DNA from: Methanobacteriota archaeon
GTDB lineage: Archaea; Thermoplasmatota; Thermoplasmata; SG8-5; JAGLSY01
Direction: 5' to 3'
DNA: 64,000 nucleotides
Assembly: GCA_020697715.1 (NCBI GenBank)
Contig: JAEHCO010000001.1
Span: forward strand, 544,001 to 608,000
Part shown: piece after piece, positions 55,034 to 64,000 of the stretch
Layout of the letters: every line of letters starts with the position of its first letter
Position numbering within the stretch: the stretch's first letter is position 1
Position numbers and translations under genes: made by a program
The notes under the pieces: model-generated
Seen by the model: the letters and a program-made list of their open reading frames with translations, nothing else
What the model was told of the DNA's origin: nothing
Database searches by the model: none

Positions 55034-56389
55034 ATGCCGAAAGTCGTAGTTGTAGGAATGGGATATGTAGGTATACCAGCCGCCGCTCTCTTTGCCGATG
55101 CAGAAGGATTCGATGTTGTTGGAGTCCAGCGAAGATCAAAGCGTTCTGGATGGAAGATCGATATGCTCAATGAGGGTAAGAACCCTATTGGGGGAGATGA
55201 GCCAGGCCTTGATGACCTTGTCAACAGGGTGGTTAAGGAAAAAGGCACTTTCAGTGTGACCGATGACATATCCACATGCAATGATGCTGATGCCATACTT
55301 CTTGATGTCCAGACGCCGACAGACGCGGACCGTGTCCCAAGGTATGAATCATTGAGAGAGGTCTGCCACAATGTGGGTGAGCACATGAAAAAAGGTGTGC
55401 TGGTGGTCATAGAATCCACTGTCGCCCCTGGTACGACCGTCAACATAGCCCAGCCAATTCTCGAAAAAGCCTCTGGTATGAAGGCAGGCGAGGATTTCTA
55501 TCTGGCCTTTTCATATGAAAGGGTGATGGTCGGCAGGCTTATCCATAATATCGTGAACCTTCCCCGTATTTGTGGAGGAATTGATGATAAAAGCACTGAA
55601 CTGGCTGTCGATCTTTATTCCAATATCGTCAAGGCCGAGCTACATCCTACAGATTCCCTCACAGCGGAGATATCCAAGGTGGTGGAGAACACCTACCGTG
55701 ATGTGAACATCGCGTTCGCCAATGAAGTAGCCTTAATTTGCGAATCACTGGGCGCCGATTGCTTCGAGGTAAGGAAGCTGGTCAACACATTGCCCAATGA
55801 TCCCAGTAATCCTGCTGCCAATCCGGTAAGGAACATGCATTTCCCAGGAGCTGGAGTGGGAGGGCATTGCCTGCCAAAGGATCCATGGCTTCTGAAATAT
55901 GGCCTGGATGAATACGGCACAAAGGCTGTCAATCCCGAGATAATAGTCAATAGCAGATTATTGAACGACCGCATGCCCATCCACACTGTGGACGTGCTTG
56001 AATCAGCAATGACCAAGTCCAATATCGAGTTAAAAGGCTCGAAGATCGCGGTACTGGGTGTGGCTTTCCTTGAGAATTCCGATGATACTCGAAACACTCC
56101 TTCTCTCACAATATATGACGAGCTCGTAGAACGAGGAGCTGAGCCAATGCTCCATGACCCACTTGTGCGTGAGTTCGATAGGCCATTCTCCGATGATCTG
56201 GATGCAGTTTTGAAAGATGCGAAGGCCCTGGTGCTTGTGACCAGCCATAGGGAATATGCGAATATTGATCTTCAGGACCTGAAGACCAAAATGCAAGGTA
56301 ATGTCATGATCGATGGCCGTAATTTCCTCTCGGAGGCAAAAGCAAAGGAAGCGGGCTTCGAGTACAGATGCATTGGAAAAGGAAAATAA
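55034..56389 (+). CDS. Nucleotide-sugar (UDP-HexNAc) dehydrogenase, WecC/WbpA family
   Basis: GMGYVG, IESTVAPGTT, KVVENTYRDVNIAFANE, GVGGHCLPKD and DTRNTP. Confidence 0.92.
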   Translation: MPKVVVVGMGYVGIPAAALFADAEGFDVVGVQRRSKRSGWKIDMLNEGKNPIGGDEPGLDDLVNRVVKEKGTFSVTDDISTCNDADAILLDVQTPTDADRVPRYESLREVCHNVGEHMKKGVLVVIESTVAPGTTVNIAQPILEKASGMKAGEDFYLAFSYERVMVGRLIHNIVNLPRICGGIDDKSTELAVDLYSNIVKAELHPTDSLTAEISKVVENTYRDVNIAFANEVALICESLGADCFEVRKLVNTLPNDPSNPAANPVRNMHFPGAGVGGHCLPKDPWLLKYGLDEYGTKAVNPEIIVNSRLLNDRMPIHTVDVLESAMTKSNIELKGSKIAVLGVAFLENSDDTRNTPSLTIYDELVERGAEPMLHDPLVREFDRPFSDDLDAVLKDAKALVLVTSHREYANIDLQDLKTKMQGNVMIDGRNFLSEAKAKEAGFEYRCIGKGK

Positions 56390-56482
56390 GCACAGACCGG
56401 TCGATCATTATTGACATGAGCTTCGATAATAGCCCATGGTCTATGGTTGCTAATATCCAGAACCCAAATGAATTGATAGTTC

Positions 56483-57712
56483 TCACATTAAACAGAGTAA
56501 GGCGAAAACCTTCGCATCACTTATGAGATTCTCTATCTTGATATACTCATTTGGCTCATGCGCCATCTCTTCATTCGTGGACCAGACCGCGGCTGGATAA
56601 CCAGCCTCTCTGAAGATCGCGGCACAAGTACCGCCACCGATACCAACTGGCTTCGCATCCACTCCCATGACCGTCTTGATCGCACTCTGAAGATTGACAA
56701 CTATACTCGAATCAATTGGCGTGGCCGGAGGGGCGATAGATGAGCTAATCTCGATAATATCGATACTGGCTCCGGTCTCGATCTCTATCCTCGTTGCCAC
56801 ATTCTTCATGAATTCCAATATCTCATTCAGATCCTCTCTTGGGAGTATTCTGCAATCCATGTAGAAGACATCGTCTCCAGGAATTGTATTGATATTGGGA
56901 ACATTCGCCTCTCTTTTCGTGGCCTCGAAAGTCGATATGGGTGGTCCGAACATCGGATCCTCATTAGCGTAATGCTCGTAAAGCTCATTGGAAACTCGAT
57001 CTATGAAGGTGGAAGCCACTCTGAAGGCATTGATCCCCTTGTTCGGGCGACTGGCATGCACTTGCTTTCCCTTTGTTATGACCTTCAATTGAAGATGGGA
57101 CTTCTCCACGACCTCGATAACACTCCCATCTGGAAGTCCATAATCAGGAACAAGAAGCAGGTCATCTGGTGTGAACAATTTCTGTTTCACAAGGTACTGG
57201 ATACCGTATTTGCTTCCGACCTCTTCATCGGCCACGAAAGCTAATTTGACAGTTCTTTTTGGCTTCATGCCTTTATCCAGTATCGCCTTCACCGCGTATA
57301 GAGAAGCGATCAAAGCCTGGCCATTATCCTCCACACCTCTTCCGAAGAGCTTTCCATCTTTTTGTATCGGATTGAAGGGTTCGGTATCCCATTTTCCCAG
57401 ATCCCCGGTCGGAACAACATCCATGTGGGAGATCATCCAGAGCGGAGGAAGATCCGGTTCCGAGCCTTCTATGGTGGCCACGATATTTGGACGATAGCCA
57501 GCAGACACTCTCCTGTCTTCAGCTTTATAGACCTCGATATCCGTGATCCCGTTCTCTTTCAGGAGGTCGACAAGGAAAGAAGCTCTTTTAGCCTCCCCGT
57601 CACCATCACTATCTGGAGCGATGGCCGGTATCCTGCACATGTTAGAAAGGGCAGCGACCATTTCACCTTCAAGGTTCTCAACAGCTTTTAGAATATCATC
57701 CACTAGTATCAC
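56483..57712 (-). CDS. M20 family metallopeptidase (DapE/ArgE-like)
   Basis: SHMDVVP, GRGVEDN, ADEEVGS, GKQVHAS, GGGT and AHEPNE. Confidence 0.92.
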   Translation of the reverse strand: MILVDDILKAVENLEGEMVAALSNMCRIPAIAPDSDGDGEAKRASFLVDLLKENGITDIEVYKAEDRRVSAGYRPNIVATIEGSEPDLPPLWMISHMDVVPTGDLGKWDTEPFNPIQKDGKLFGRGVEDNGQALIASLYAVKAILDKGMKPKRTVKLAFVADEEVGSKYGIQYLVKQKLFTPDDLLLVPDYGLPDGSVIEVVEKSHLQLKVITKGKQVHASRPNKGINAFRVASTFIDRVSNELYEHYANEDPMFGPPISTFEATKREANVPNINTIPGDDVFYMDCRILPREDLNEILEFMKNVATRIEIETGASIDIIEISSSIAPPATPIDSSIVVNLQSAIKTVMGVDAKPVGIGGGTCAAIFREAGYPAAVWSTNEEMAHEPNEYIKIENLISDAKVFALLCLM

Positions 57713-57821
57713 CTATTGGGTCGGTGAATGAAAGCCAGTTGAAATAATTTTTCCCTGGAAAATATCAGGCTCAATACAAAGTTTCCTCAAAATATTTAGA
57801 GTTTGAAGATCAAAGAATAGA

Positions 57822-60800
57822 TTAATTAAATTCACGGCCAGATGTCTTATCATACCAGTCCATGATCTCATCTTCACTTATGGCACCCTCCTTCTCTTTG
57901 ATGGTCATCCGCCGCCCTATATCGATGGCGTAATCACGGATCATGTCCCATCCCTCTTCCTGGCCTCTGTATTCTCCGACCAGGAGCTCGGTCCTTCTCA
58001 TATTCGCTCTGAAGACCCCGACAATGGCCCCTCCAGATATCACGATGAAGCACGACCCGAATCCGAATTTCTTCCTAGTGAAGGGCATGAGGTAGGTGGA
58101 TAATCTATCATAGGCAGATGGTGCGAGAATGATATTCACATCATGCGGTTCCATGGGCAATTTGGGTACATCTTCTTTGACCAGCCAGTATAGTAAATTA
58201 TCATCCTCCGATATGTAACCTTTCACTAATTTCCCCTGCTTTTCGAATTTGCTCAGAGCCCTCCTTATCTCTCCCATTTTATACTCGCTCTTGGTGTACA
58301 AGGAGAGGTTCTCGGCACTGAATATTCCGAAGGAATCGATGATAAGCCAGAGTACTTCCTCTCTGCCTTTTTCCTGGCTGTAATTTGTCATCGGAGATAG
58401 ATAATGTAAATTTCTTTTCCCTCTAAGAACATGAAGACCTTTGATAAGACGGTTGAGAGCTTCCACCCCATTTTCATAGCTAAGTGGGACTGCTTCGATG
58501 AGCTGGTTCCGTTTCATTTTATGCTCCCTATCCAGTATACCGACGATATAGCTCATTTCCCGATCGACCTCCACACCCTTGGCTGCCTTGTACATGGCCA
58601 ATTCATCAGGGAGAACGAAGGTCAGGTACTCGGGAATGACCTGACCTCTCTCCACCATGTCGTCCTTCAGCATCTGTTTTAGATCCATGGCATCATCCAC
58701 TCTTAGCGCGGCCTCGTGATCGGATTTGAACCCTCCCAATTTAATAAGGCCAGTCTCCATATCCTCGAAGTGTCTTTCAGGCAATATATGTTGTTTCCAT
58801 AGAAGGTATGAAACAACATTTTCATCGGTGAGTGTGAGATCGACCACGTCACCTTTCAATAGCCAGTTGCGTGATCTGAAGTACCCGGCCTTTTCGAATA
58901 CCTTGATATATTTCTTGTCCATTTCAACTACACTCTCTCTAAAGGCTCCCGTGATCCTGATGACTTCATGATAATTACGCTTGTAGAATTCTGAAAAATC
59001 ATCAATGGCCTTCAGGACATCTGGCAGGTCGTCTGGATCGTCGAGATCGAGTTCCCGGATCTCGAGACACCCGCTCATCTCCCACATCTCCATCATACCT
59101 ATGAGCTTCGAGCCGCGGAAGATGGTGTAATACCAGGCATCCCCATACTTCATCCTTATCTCATTCTTGTGATGGAAGGTGGATGGGTCGAATATGGTCA
59201 AGATACGGACGGCTTCCTTCACCTGCTTATAGCCTTTTCCTCCTCCACTACGAAGGCTCTTCACTTCCTTTTCCCAGATATAGAGCTTCTGCCCCTCGCT
59301 ACCTATGACGGAGACCTCGGCCAGCTTTCCTGTTTTTCTTAGTTCCAGCAAATAATTCCTTATCTCATCCCGTCTCATACCGGCGGATCTGGCAAGGTCG
59401 TACATGGATACTGGTCCGTAAGCGGATATCAACTTTTTCAATAGCCATGCCTTGCCATCGACAGAAGATCGCTTGCTGCCCAGCTTGTAATATTTATTCC
59501 TGGTCGCCCATGATTCGTAATTGGGGTTGAAACCGGTCCTATCTGCTGGTTTCCTCGCTATATGCATGTTCCGATCCAGTTTTTCCACAATGGGCTTGAG
59601 CGCGTCCTTCGGGATCTCCGAGATCTCATGTATCTTGATTATGTCCGCCCCTGGATTATCGGATATGATCTTCAGTATCTGCTTGTCCACCTTGCCCAAT
59701 TCCTCCTTTCTGAAGGCATTGATGAACTTCGGCGCATCCTGTTTTCTGACAAAGCAAACACTTCCATCCCAGAACCTTCCTTGAAGGACATCTCCGCTTC
59801 TTCTTTTCTCACCCCAATCCTCGATGCCCTCCAGCCCCATCCTGGTAACGACATCATTGAGCATCCCGACACTTCCATACCTTTCAAAGAAATCATCAAT
59901 GTTCTTGAATCCATTGAAATGCTTCCAGGTGCGGTAATTGCTCAATTCCGATGGTGAGATGGTGATCTCCTCGCCCGTGCTCTTAAGATCTGAATAATCC
60001 TGTGCCAGCATGTACTGGACATAGGGTTCTGTGAAGGACTTCGCCATAACTTCCACTTCGGATTGCATACTTTCCAATACACCTTCCAGCACCTCTTCCG
60101 GGAGGCGCATTTCGAAGGACAGTTCCTCAATTGACAAGGGTGCGAAAAGATCCAGATGGTTCATCACGCGATCTTTCAGATACTTCTCGCCTTCTGGAGC
60201 AGGTTCTACCACCAATTCCCCCCAGAGTCCGAAGCCTTTTCCATCCATCTGGGTCTTGGCCGTGAGATATCTCCTTTCGAGAGAGTTCAATACCTTTCTC
60301 GTACTCGCATTGTCCCATTCGATCCCGTCCATGGCTTCTAGTTTATTGGATATGATCCTTGTGGAGATGGGCTTTTTCGCATCAGCCATTATGTCCATCA
60401 CCTTCTGACCATCCTGTGTTATTTCATCATCCGATCTGTAAATCGAAGCATAGCTGGCTGCTATATCTGACGGTATCCAGAGGCTTCTCCCAGCCCATAT
60501 CGAATGAACTTCTCCATCATTGACCAGTTCCTTGCACCATTCTGCCAAGATATCGGCCTCGACATCGGAGAAATCATAGATGCTCCTGTCCTTTCTCTGG
60601 AACAATTCCATGGGGCCAGTCATTCGCATAAGTGGAATTATATCATCTTTTTTCCTCACATGCATATCCAGTAATTTGCCAGCAAAATGCTCCTTAACAA
60701 CAGATGTTTTGAACTCGGGCTTTATCGATCCAGCTCCCCCGATCCTATCAAGAACCTTTCTATGCATTTCTTTGAGCAATGCACTTCGATCATGCATCAG

Positions 60801-63338
60801 CACGATATCCGACATGCCAGATAGGACTACACTATGTGAAAAGGGCGATGGTATCTCATTATTCCTGGAGTAATGCACCACCCTCTTGCCTGCCTCGATA
60901 GATCTTATGATGTCTCGCGCATTCTCCAGATCCATGACCGTGGTCATGATCTCCCTGTAGGTTTCCTTCACCAGGGGGAAATCATCCGCATCACTGATGG
61001 CCCTCAGAACCTTCTGCGCCCTCTGCTGCTGCCTGCCAACAGGTACTGATCTTCCCTGATAGTTACGAAGGACCATCAGGCCCCTCGTACTACAGTGCCT
61101 GAACCTGTGCTTGAAAAGCTCGGTCTCGCCAACCGCTCTTTCCAAAAGCCCTACCAGTTCTTTTTCATTTATCAATCCATCAAAGTTCTCCAGGGGTATT
61201 TCCTTCGGCAAGGTGAGCATGAAATTATCATCAGTTATCGAAACACTGATGTTCGTGTCATATTTGTCGGATAATATCATGGCATAGGCTCTGGAAAGCG
61301 CGTCATTCACCCTTCTGCCAAAACAAAAGTGGAATATCAGATTGGTATTGCCTTTCTTGTCCACATACTCTTCCACCAGCAGGTCGCGATCGGATGGGAC
61401 ATTCTCACTAAAGGCCAGTTGCTCCCTGAAATACGAGATTATGCTATTCGCCCCTTGGCCGTCCAGATGGTAATTCTCGATGAGCCATTCCCTCAATTCT
61501 TTGGTCTTTTTGTCCACTTCTTTCTTCGATAATTTTTCAGGATCAAGTTCTCTTATTCGGTCTGTCACCAGCTCTCTGAACTTCCCTATATTGACCGAAA
61601 GATCGAAGCTTCTGGGAAGCATCTCCCCGGTCCAAGAAGGGACTGTCGGCCTCTTACCAGTCGCGTCCTTGACATAGAGGCTCATGCCCCTGGCTCTTTC
61701 AAATCTGTAGCTCTTACCACCCAGCACGAAGACATCACCAGGGCCAAGCTTTTCCACGAATCCCTCGGATAATTCTCCCAATCTACCGCCTTTGTCAGAG
61801 AAGACCTTGAAGTTCGCCTCCTCCGGTATGGTGCCACTATTGAGATAGTAGATGAGGCGACTTCCCTTTTTTAAGCCGAATGTGCCCTCCTCTTCATCCA
61901 GCCAGATCTTGGAATACACATTGGGCATGTCCCGGCTCCCAAGGTATCTGAGGACCGACATGTAGTCCTTTTTTGTCAATTTGTGATATGCATAAGAATT
62001 CCTGATAAGCGAATAAGCCTCTTCAATGTCCCACCTCTTCTCCAATGACAACCCTACAATGGTCTGCGCCAGCACATCCAGCGGGTTCTCCGGGATGCTC
62101 ACCCTATCAATATCATGATCCACCGCGCTTTTAGCCAGTACCGCACATTCCACCAGATCGTCATTATCAAAGACCATGAAACGCCCTTTGCTTTGCTGAC
62201 CGACACCATGGCCGGCTCTGCCCACTCTCTGTAATCCTTTAGCGATGGACTTTGGAGAACCTATCTGGCAAACAAGATCGATGCTTCCAATATCTATGCC
62301 CAGCTCCAGGGATGTGGATGAAATTGCTGCCTTCAACTCCCCATTCTTCAATCTATCTTCCACATCCAGTCGAGTTTCTCGACTCAGACTGCCATGATGG
62401 GCCGCGATGTCTTCCAGTCCCATCTCCCCCAGCTTCAACATCACCTGCTCTGTCCCGCTCCTGGTATTGGTGAAGACCAGAGTTGTCCGAGTGTCGTCGA
62501 TCATCTCCTTCAGACGTTCGTACATCCTGGCATTGACGATCTCAAAGGGCAGTGAGGTTATATCATCCACTGGAGTGATGACCTTGATGTCGAAATCCTT
62601 CCCTCCTTCTGCCTGGACCAGCGATACATCCCGTTCCTTGCCATTTTCATATCCGCCCAGGAATCTCGCGATCTCTCTAATGGGAGATTGCGTGGCAGAC
62701 AGTCCGATCCTCGCCGCATCTTTTTCCAGCCTCGATTGCAGGCGTTCGAGGGTGATGGATAGCATCGACCCCCTTTTTGAATTGCATATTTCATGGATCT
62801 CGTCGGTTATCAACCATTCCACCGACTTCAGATTCTCGCTGAACTTCGGTGTGGTCAGGACAATGGCCAGTGATTCCGGGGTGGTGATCAGGATATGCGG
62901 TGGCTTTCTGGACATTTTCTGCCGCTCGTAGGATGTCGTGTCGCCAGTTCGCACGCCGACACGTATCTCCGGAACCTCCATGCCAAGCTCCTTGGCAAGC
63001 TCTCCCAATTCGGCAAGTGGTTGCTTTAAATTTTTATCAATGTCATTGGCCAGAGCCTTCAATGGAGAAACATAAACACAGTATATCTCGTTCTTCAGTT
63101 CGCCCTTTTCCTGCTTGAGCATCAACTCATTTATAATGGATAGAAAAGCAGTGAGGGTCTTCCCAGAGCCAGTTGGTGATGATATCAGAACATTCTTGCG
63201 TTGGTGGATGACGGGGATGGAATAAGCTTGGGGCTCTGTGACATCCTCAAAGCTCCTCTCGAACCATGTCTGGACAAGGGGCAGCATTAGCCCCAATACC
63301 TGCTTTTTACTGTGTTTTTTCTTGACGGTGCGTATCAT
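57822..63338 (-). CDS. lhr: Long-form Lhr SF2 helicase with an extended winged-helix-rich C-terminus
   Basis: SPTGSGKT, PLKALANDI, TTPESL, DEIH, SATQ, HHGSLS, SLELGIDIG, QRVGRAGH, GTIP and P.W.GE, followed by ~950 aa of C-terminal extension. Confidence 0.93.
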   Translation of the reverse strand: MIRTVKKKHSKKQVLGLMLPLVQTWFERSFEDVTEPQAYSIPVIHQRKNVLISSPTGSGKTLTAFLSIINELMLKQEKGELKNEIYCVYVSPLKALANDIDKNLKQPLAELGELAKELGMEVPEIRVGVRTGDTTSYERQKMSRKPPHILITTPESLAIVLTTPKFSENLKSVEWLITDEIHEICNSKRGSMLSITLERLQSRLEKDAARIGLSATQSPIREIARFLGGYENGKERDVSLVQAEGGKDFDIKVITPVDDITSLPFEIVNARMYERLKEMIDDTRTTLVFTNTRSGTEQVMLKLGEMGLEDIAAHHGSLSRETRLDVEDRLKNGELKAAISSTSLELGIDIGSIDLVCQIGSPKSIAKGLQRVGRAGHGVGQQSKGRFMVFDNDDLVECAVLAKSAVDHDIDRVSIPENPLDVLAQTIVGLSLEKRWDIEEAYSLIRNSYAYHKLTKKDYMSVLRYLGSRDMPNVYSKIWLDEEEGTFGLKKGSRLIYYLNSGTIPEEANFKVFSDKGGRLGELSEGFVEKLGPGDVFVLGGKSYRFERARGMSLYVKDATGKRPTVPSWTGEMLPRSFDLSVNIGKFRELVTDRIRELDPEKLSKKEVDKKTKELREWLIENYHLDGQGANSIISYFREQLAFSENVPSDRDLLVEEYVDKKGNTNLIFHFCFGRRVNDALSRAYAMILSDKYDTNISVSITDDNFMLTLPKEIPLENFDGLINEKELVGLLERAVGETELFKHRFRHCSTRGLMVLRNYQGRSVPVGRQQQRAQKVLRAISDADDFPLVKETYREIMTTVMDLENARDIIRSIEAGKRVVHYSRNNEIPSPFSHSVVLSGMSDIVLMHDRSALLKEMHRKVLDRIGGAGSIKPEFKTSVVKEHFAGKLLDMHVRKKDDIIPLMRMTGPMELFQRKDRSIYDFSDVEADILAEWCKELVNDGEVHSIWAGRSLWIPSDIAASYASIYRSDDEITQDGQKVMDIMADAKKPISTRIISNKLEAMDGIEWDNASTRKVLNSLERRYLTAKTQMDGKGFGLWGELVVEPAPEGEKYLKDRVMNHLDLFAPLSIEELSFEMRLPEEVLEGVLESMQSEVEVMAKSFTEPYVQYMLAQDYSDLKSTGEEITISPSELSNYRTWKHFNGFKNIDDFFERYGSVGMLNDVVTRMGLEGIEDWGEKRRSGDVLQGRFWDGSVCFVRKQDAPKFINAFRKEELGKVDKQILKIISDNPGADIIKIHEISEIPKDALKPIVEKLDRNMHIARKPADRTGFNPNYESWATRNKYYKLGSKRSSVDGKAWLLKKLISAYGPVSMYDLARSAGMRRDEIRNYLLELRKTGKLAEVSVIGSEGQKLYIWEKEVKSLRSGGGKGYKQVKEAVRILTIFDPSTFHHKNEIRMKYGDAWYYTIFRGSKLIGMMEMWEMSGCLEIRELDLDDPDDLPDVLKAIDDFSEFYKRNYHEVIRITGAFRESVVEMDKKYIKVFEKAGYFRSRNWLLKGDVVDLTLTDENVVSYLLWKQHILPERHFEDMETGLIKLGGFKSDHEAALRVDDAMDLKQMLKDDMVERGQVIPEYLTFVLPDELAMYKAAKGVEVDREMSYIVGILDREHKMKRNQLIEAVPLSYENGVEALNRLIKGLHVLRGKRNLHYLSPMTNYSQEKGREEVLWLIIDSFGIFSAENLSLYTKSEYKMGEIRRALSKFEKQGKLVKGYISEDDNLLYWLVKEDVPKLPMEPHDVNIILAPSAYDRLSTYLMPFTRKKFGFGSCFIVISGGAIVGVFRANMRRTELLVGEYRGQEEGWDMIRDYAIDIGRRMTIKEKEGAISEDEIMDWYDKTSGREFN

Positions 63339-63461
63339 GTTTTAATACCTGTTTCATAGCTCTGGATGGCGATGAACGACAGGGATTGGGTTGAGGGGTT
63401 ATGTAGTTTCCGGCTGAATATGGATTAGATTTTTTGAGTGTTTAGGAATCTCAGAGAGATG

Positions 63462-63610
63462 GAACATCCCCGCCCTAGATCATCAATGTGTCATTGAACC
63501 AGACGGGGTTTTCGAATAGGTAGCACTCTGTGACTGTCACTCGTAGAGATACAGAATATAGTACCCCGCCCTCCAGTTGCGTAAATGCTGTAATTCAGAC
63601 GGGGCATGTT
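63462..63610. repeat. Dispersed structured palindromic element, copy 2
   Basis: Homologous to 14753-14978. Lies in the divergent lhr / site-2 protease intergenic region. Confidence 0.8.
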
Positions 63611-63706
63611 GCAGGGAACATGTTGATAGTATGATGGCTCATTGTTGATTATTAATGGGTTAGATTTATAAGCACGACCAATTATCAGCCTTCAACTGAG
63701 GATATT

Positions 63707-64000
63707 ATGTCATTAACACAATGGTACCTGTTCGCCTTCGGGCTGATCTTTCTCTGGATAATAGTAGAGTATATCATCTGGAAGAGCAAGTACTATGCCA
63801 AGCTGGACAAGTACAATCTCAGTTTCTACGGTCCCTTCTTGATGTGGAGGACGAAGAAAGGCCGTGACATTATTGAAAGGGCATCGCAGAACAAGAAATT
63901 CTGCAAGTTTTATGGCAATCTCGCTATCCTCATAGTAGGTGGTGCTATGGTGTCCATGACGGCTGTCTTGGCCTGGGTGGCCACCCTGGTCGTGAAGATC
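63707..64000 (+). CDS. Probable site-2 protease (M50) family membrane protein, truncated at window end
   Basis: MSLTQWYLFAFGL...YGPFLMWRTKKGRDIIER resembles the N-terminus of archaeal S2P proteins. The HExxH motif is not in the window. Confidence 0.7.
   Translation, partial: MSLTQWYLFAFGLIFLWIIVEYIIWKSKYYAKLDKYNLSFYGPFLMWRTKKGRDIIERASQNKKFCKFYGNLAILIVGGAMVSMTAVLAWVATLVVKI

Noticed and set aside
56380-56460. Long imperfect hairpins in several intergenic gaps (also ~7722-7780, 52680-52725 and 63348-63383)
   Set aside because: Imperfect, AT-rich and unrelated to each other in sequence. Probably ordinary terminator/UTR structures or chance.

Overview
Archaeal chromosomal DNA, most likely from a Thermoplasmatota (Thermoplasmata-like) organism. 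The lineage call is inferred from PolB, PolD DP1, Trm56 beside an HD protein, the long Lhr, archaeal tRNAs and TATA promoters. Layout: (1) 1-14.4 kb holds minus-strand housekeeping genes: polB, a STAND-like ATPase-TPR protein with an inserted longin-like domain, YchF, a TPR protein, DUF116, an unusual FolC-endonuclease III fusion, purH, trm56 and an ArsR-like regulator. (2) Between tRNA-Ser(GGA) and tRNA-Cys(GCA) lies a ~12.8 kb block in which a DsrE/DsrF/TusA sulfur-relay operon is divergent from a siroheme-dependent (Ahb) heme biosynthesis operon; it may be a tRNA-integrated island. (3) PolD DP1, coaD, truA and trmJ follow. (4) A ~22 kb cluster encodes five large membrane-anchored surface proteins, two of them carrying a ~125-aa module resembling DUF3383 phage-sheath domains. 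(5) The end holds a nucleotide-sugar dehydrogenase, an M20 peptidase, an 1838-aa Lhr and the start of a site-2 protease. The most striking non-coding signals are a dispersed structured palindromic element present twice (14753-14978 and 63462-63610) with a compensatory base change, ~137-bp units duplicating the 3' ends of both tRNAs, a structured tRNA-Cys leader, and a shared TATA-adjacent promoter motif. No CRISPR array, integrase or transposase gene was seen. All family calls come from motif recognition by eye; no database search was run.
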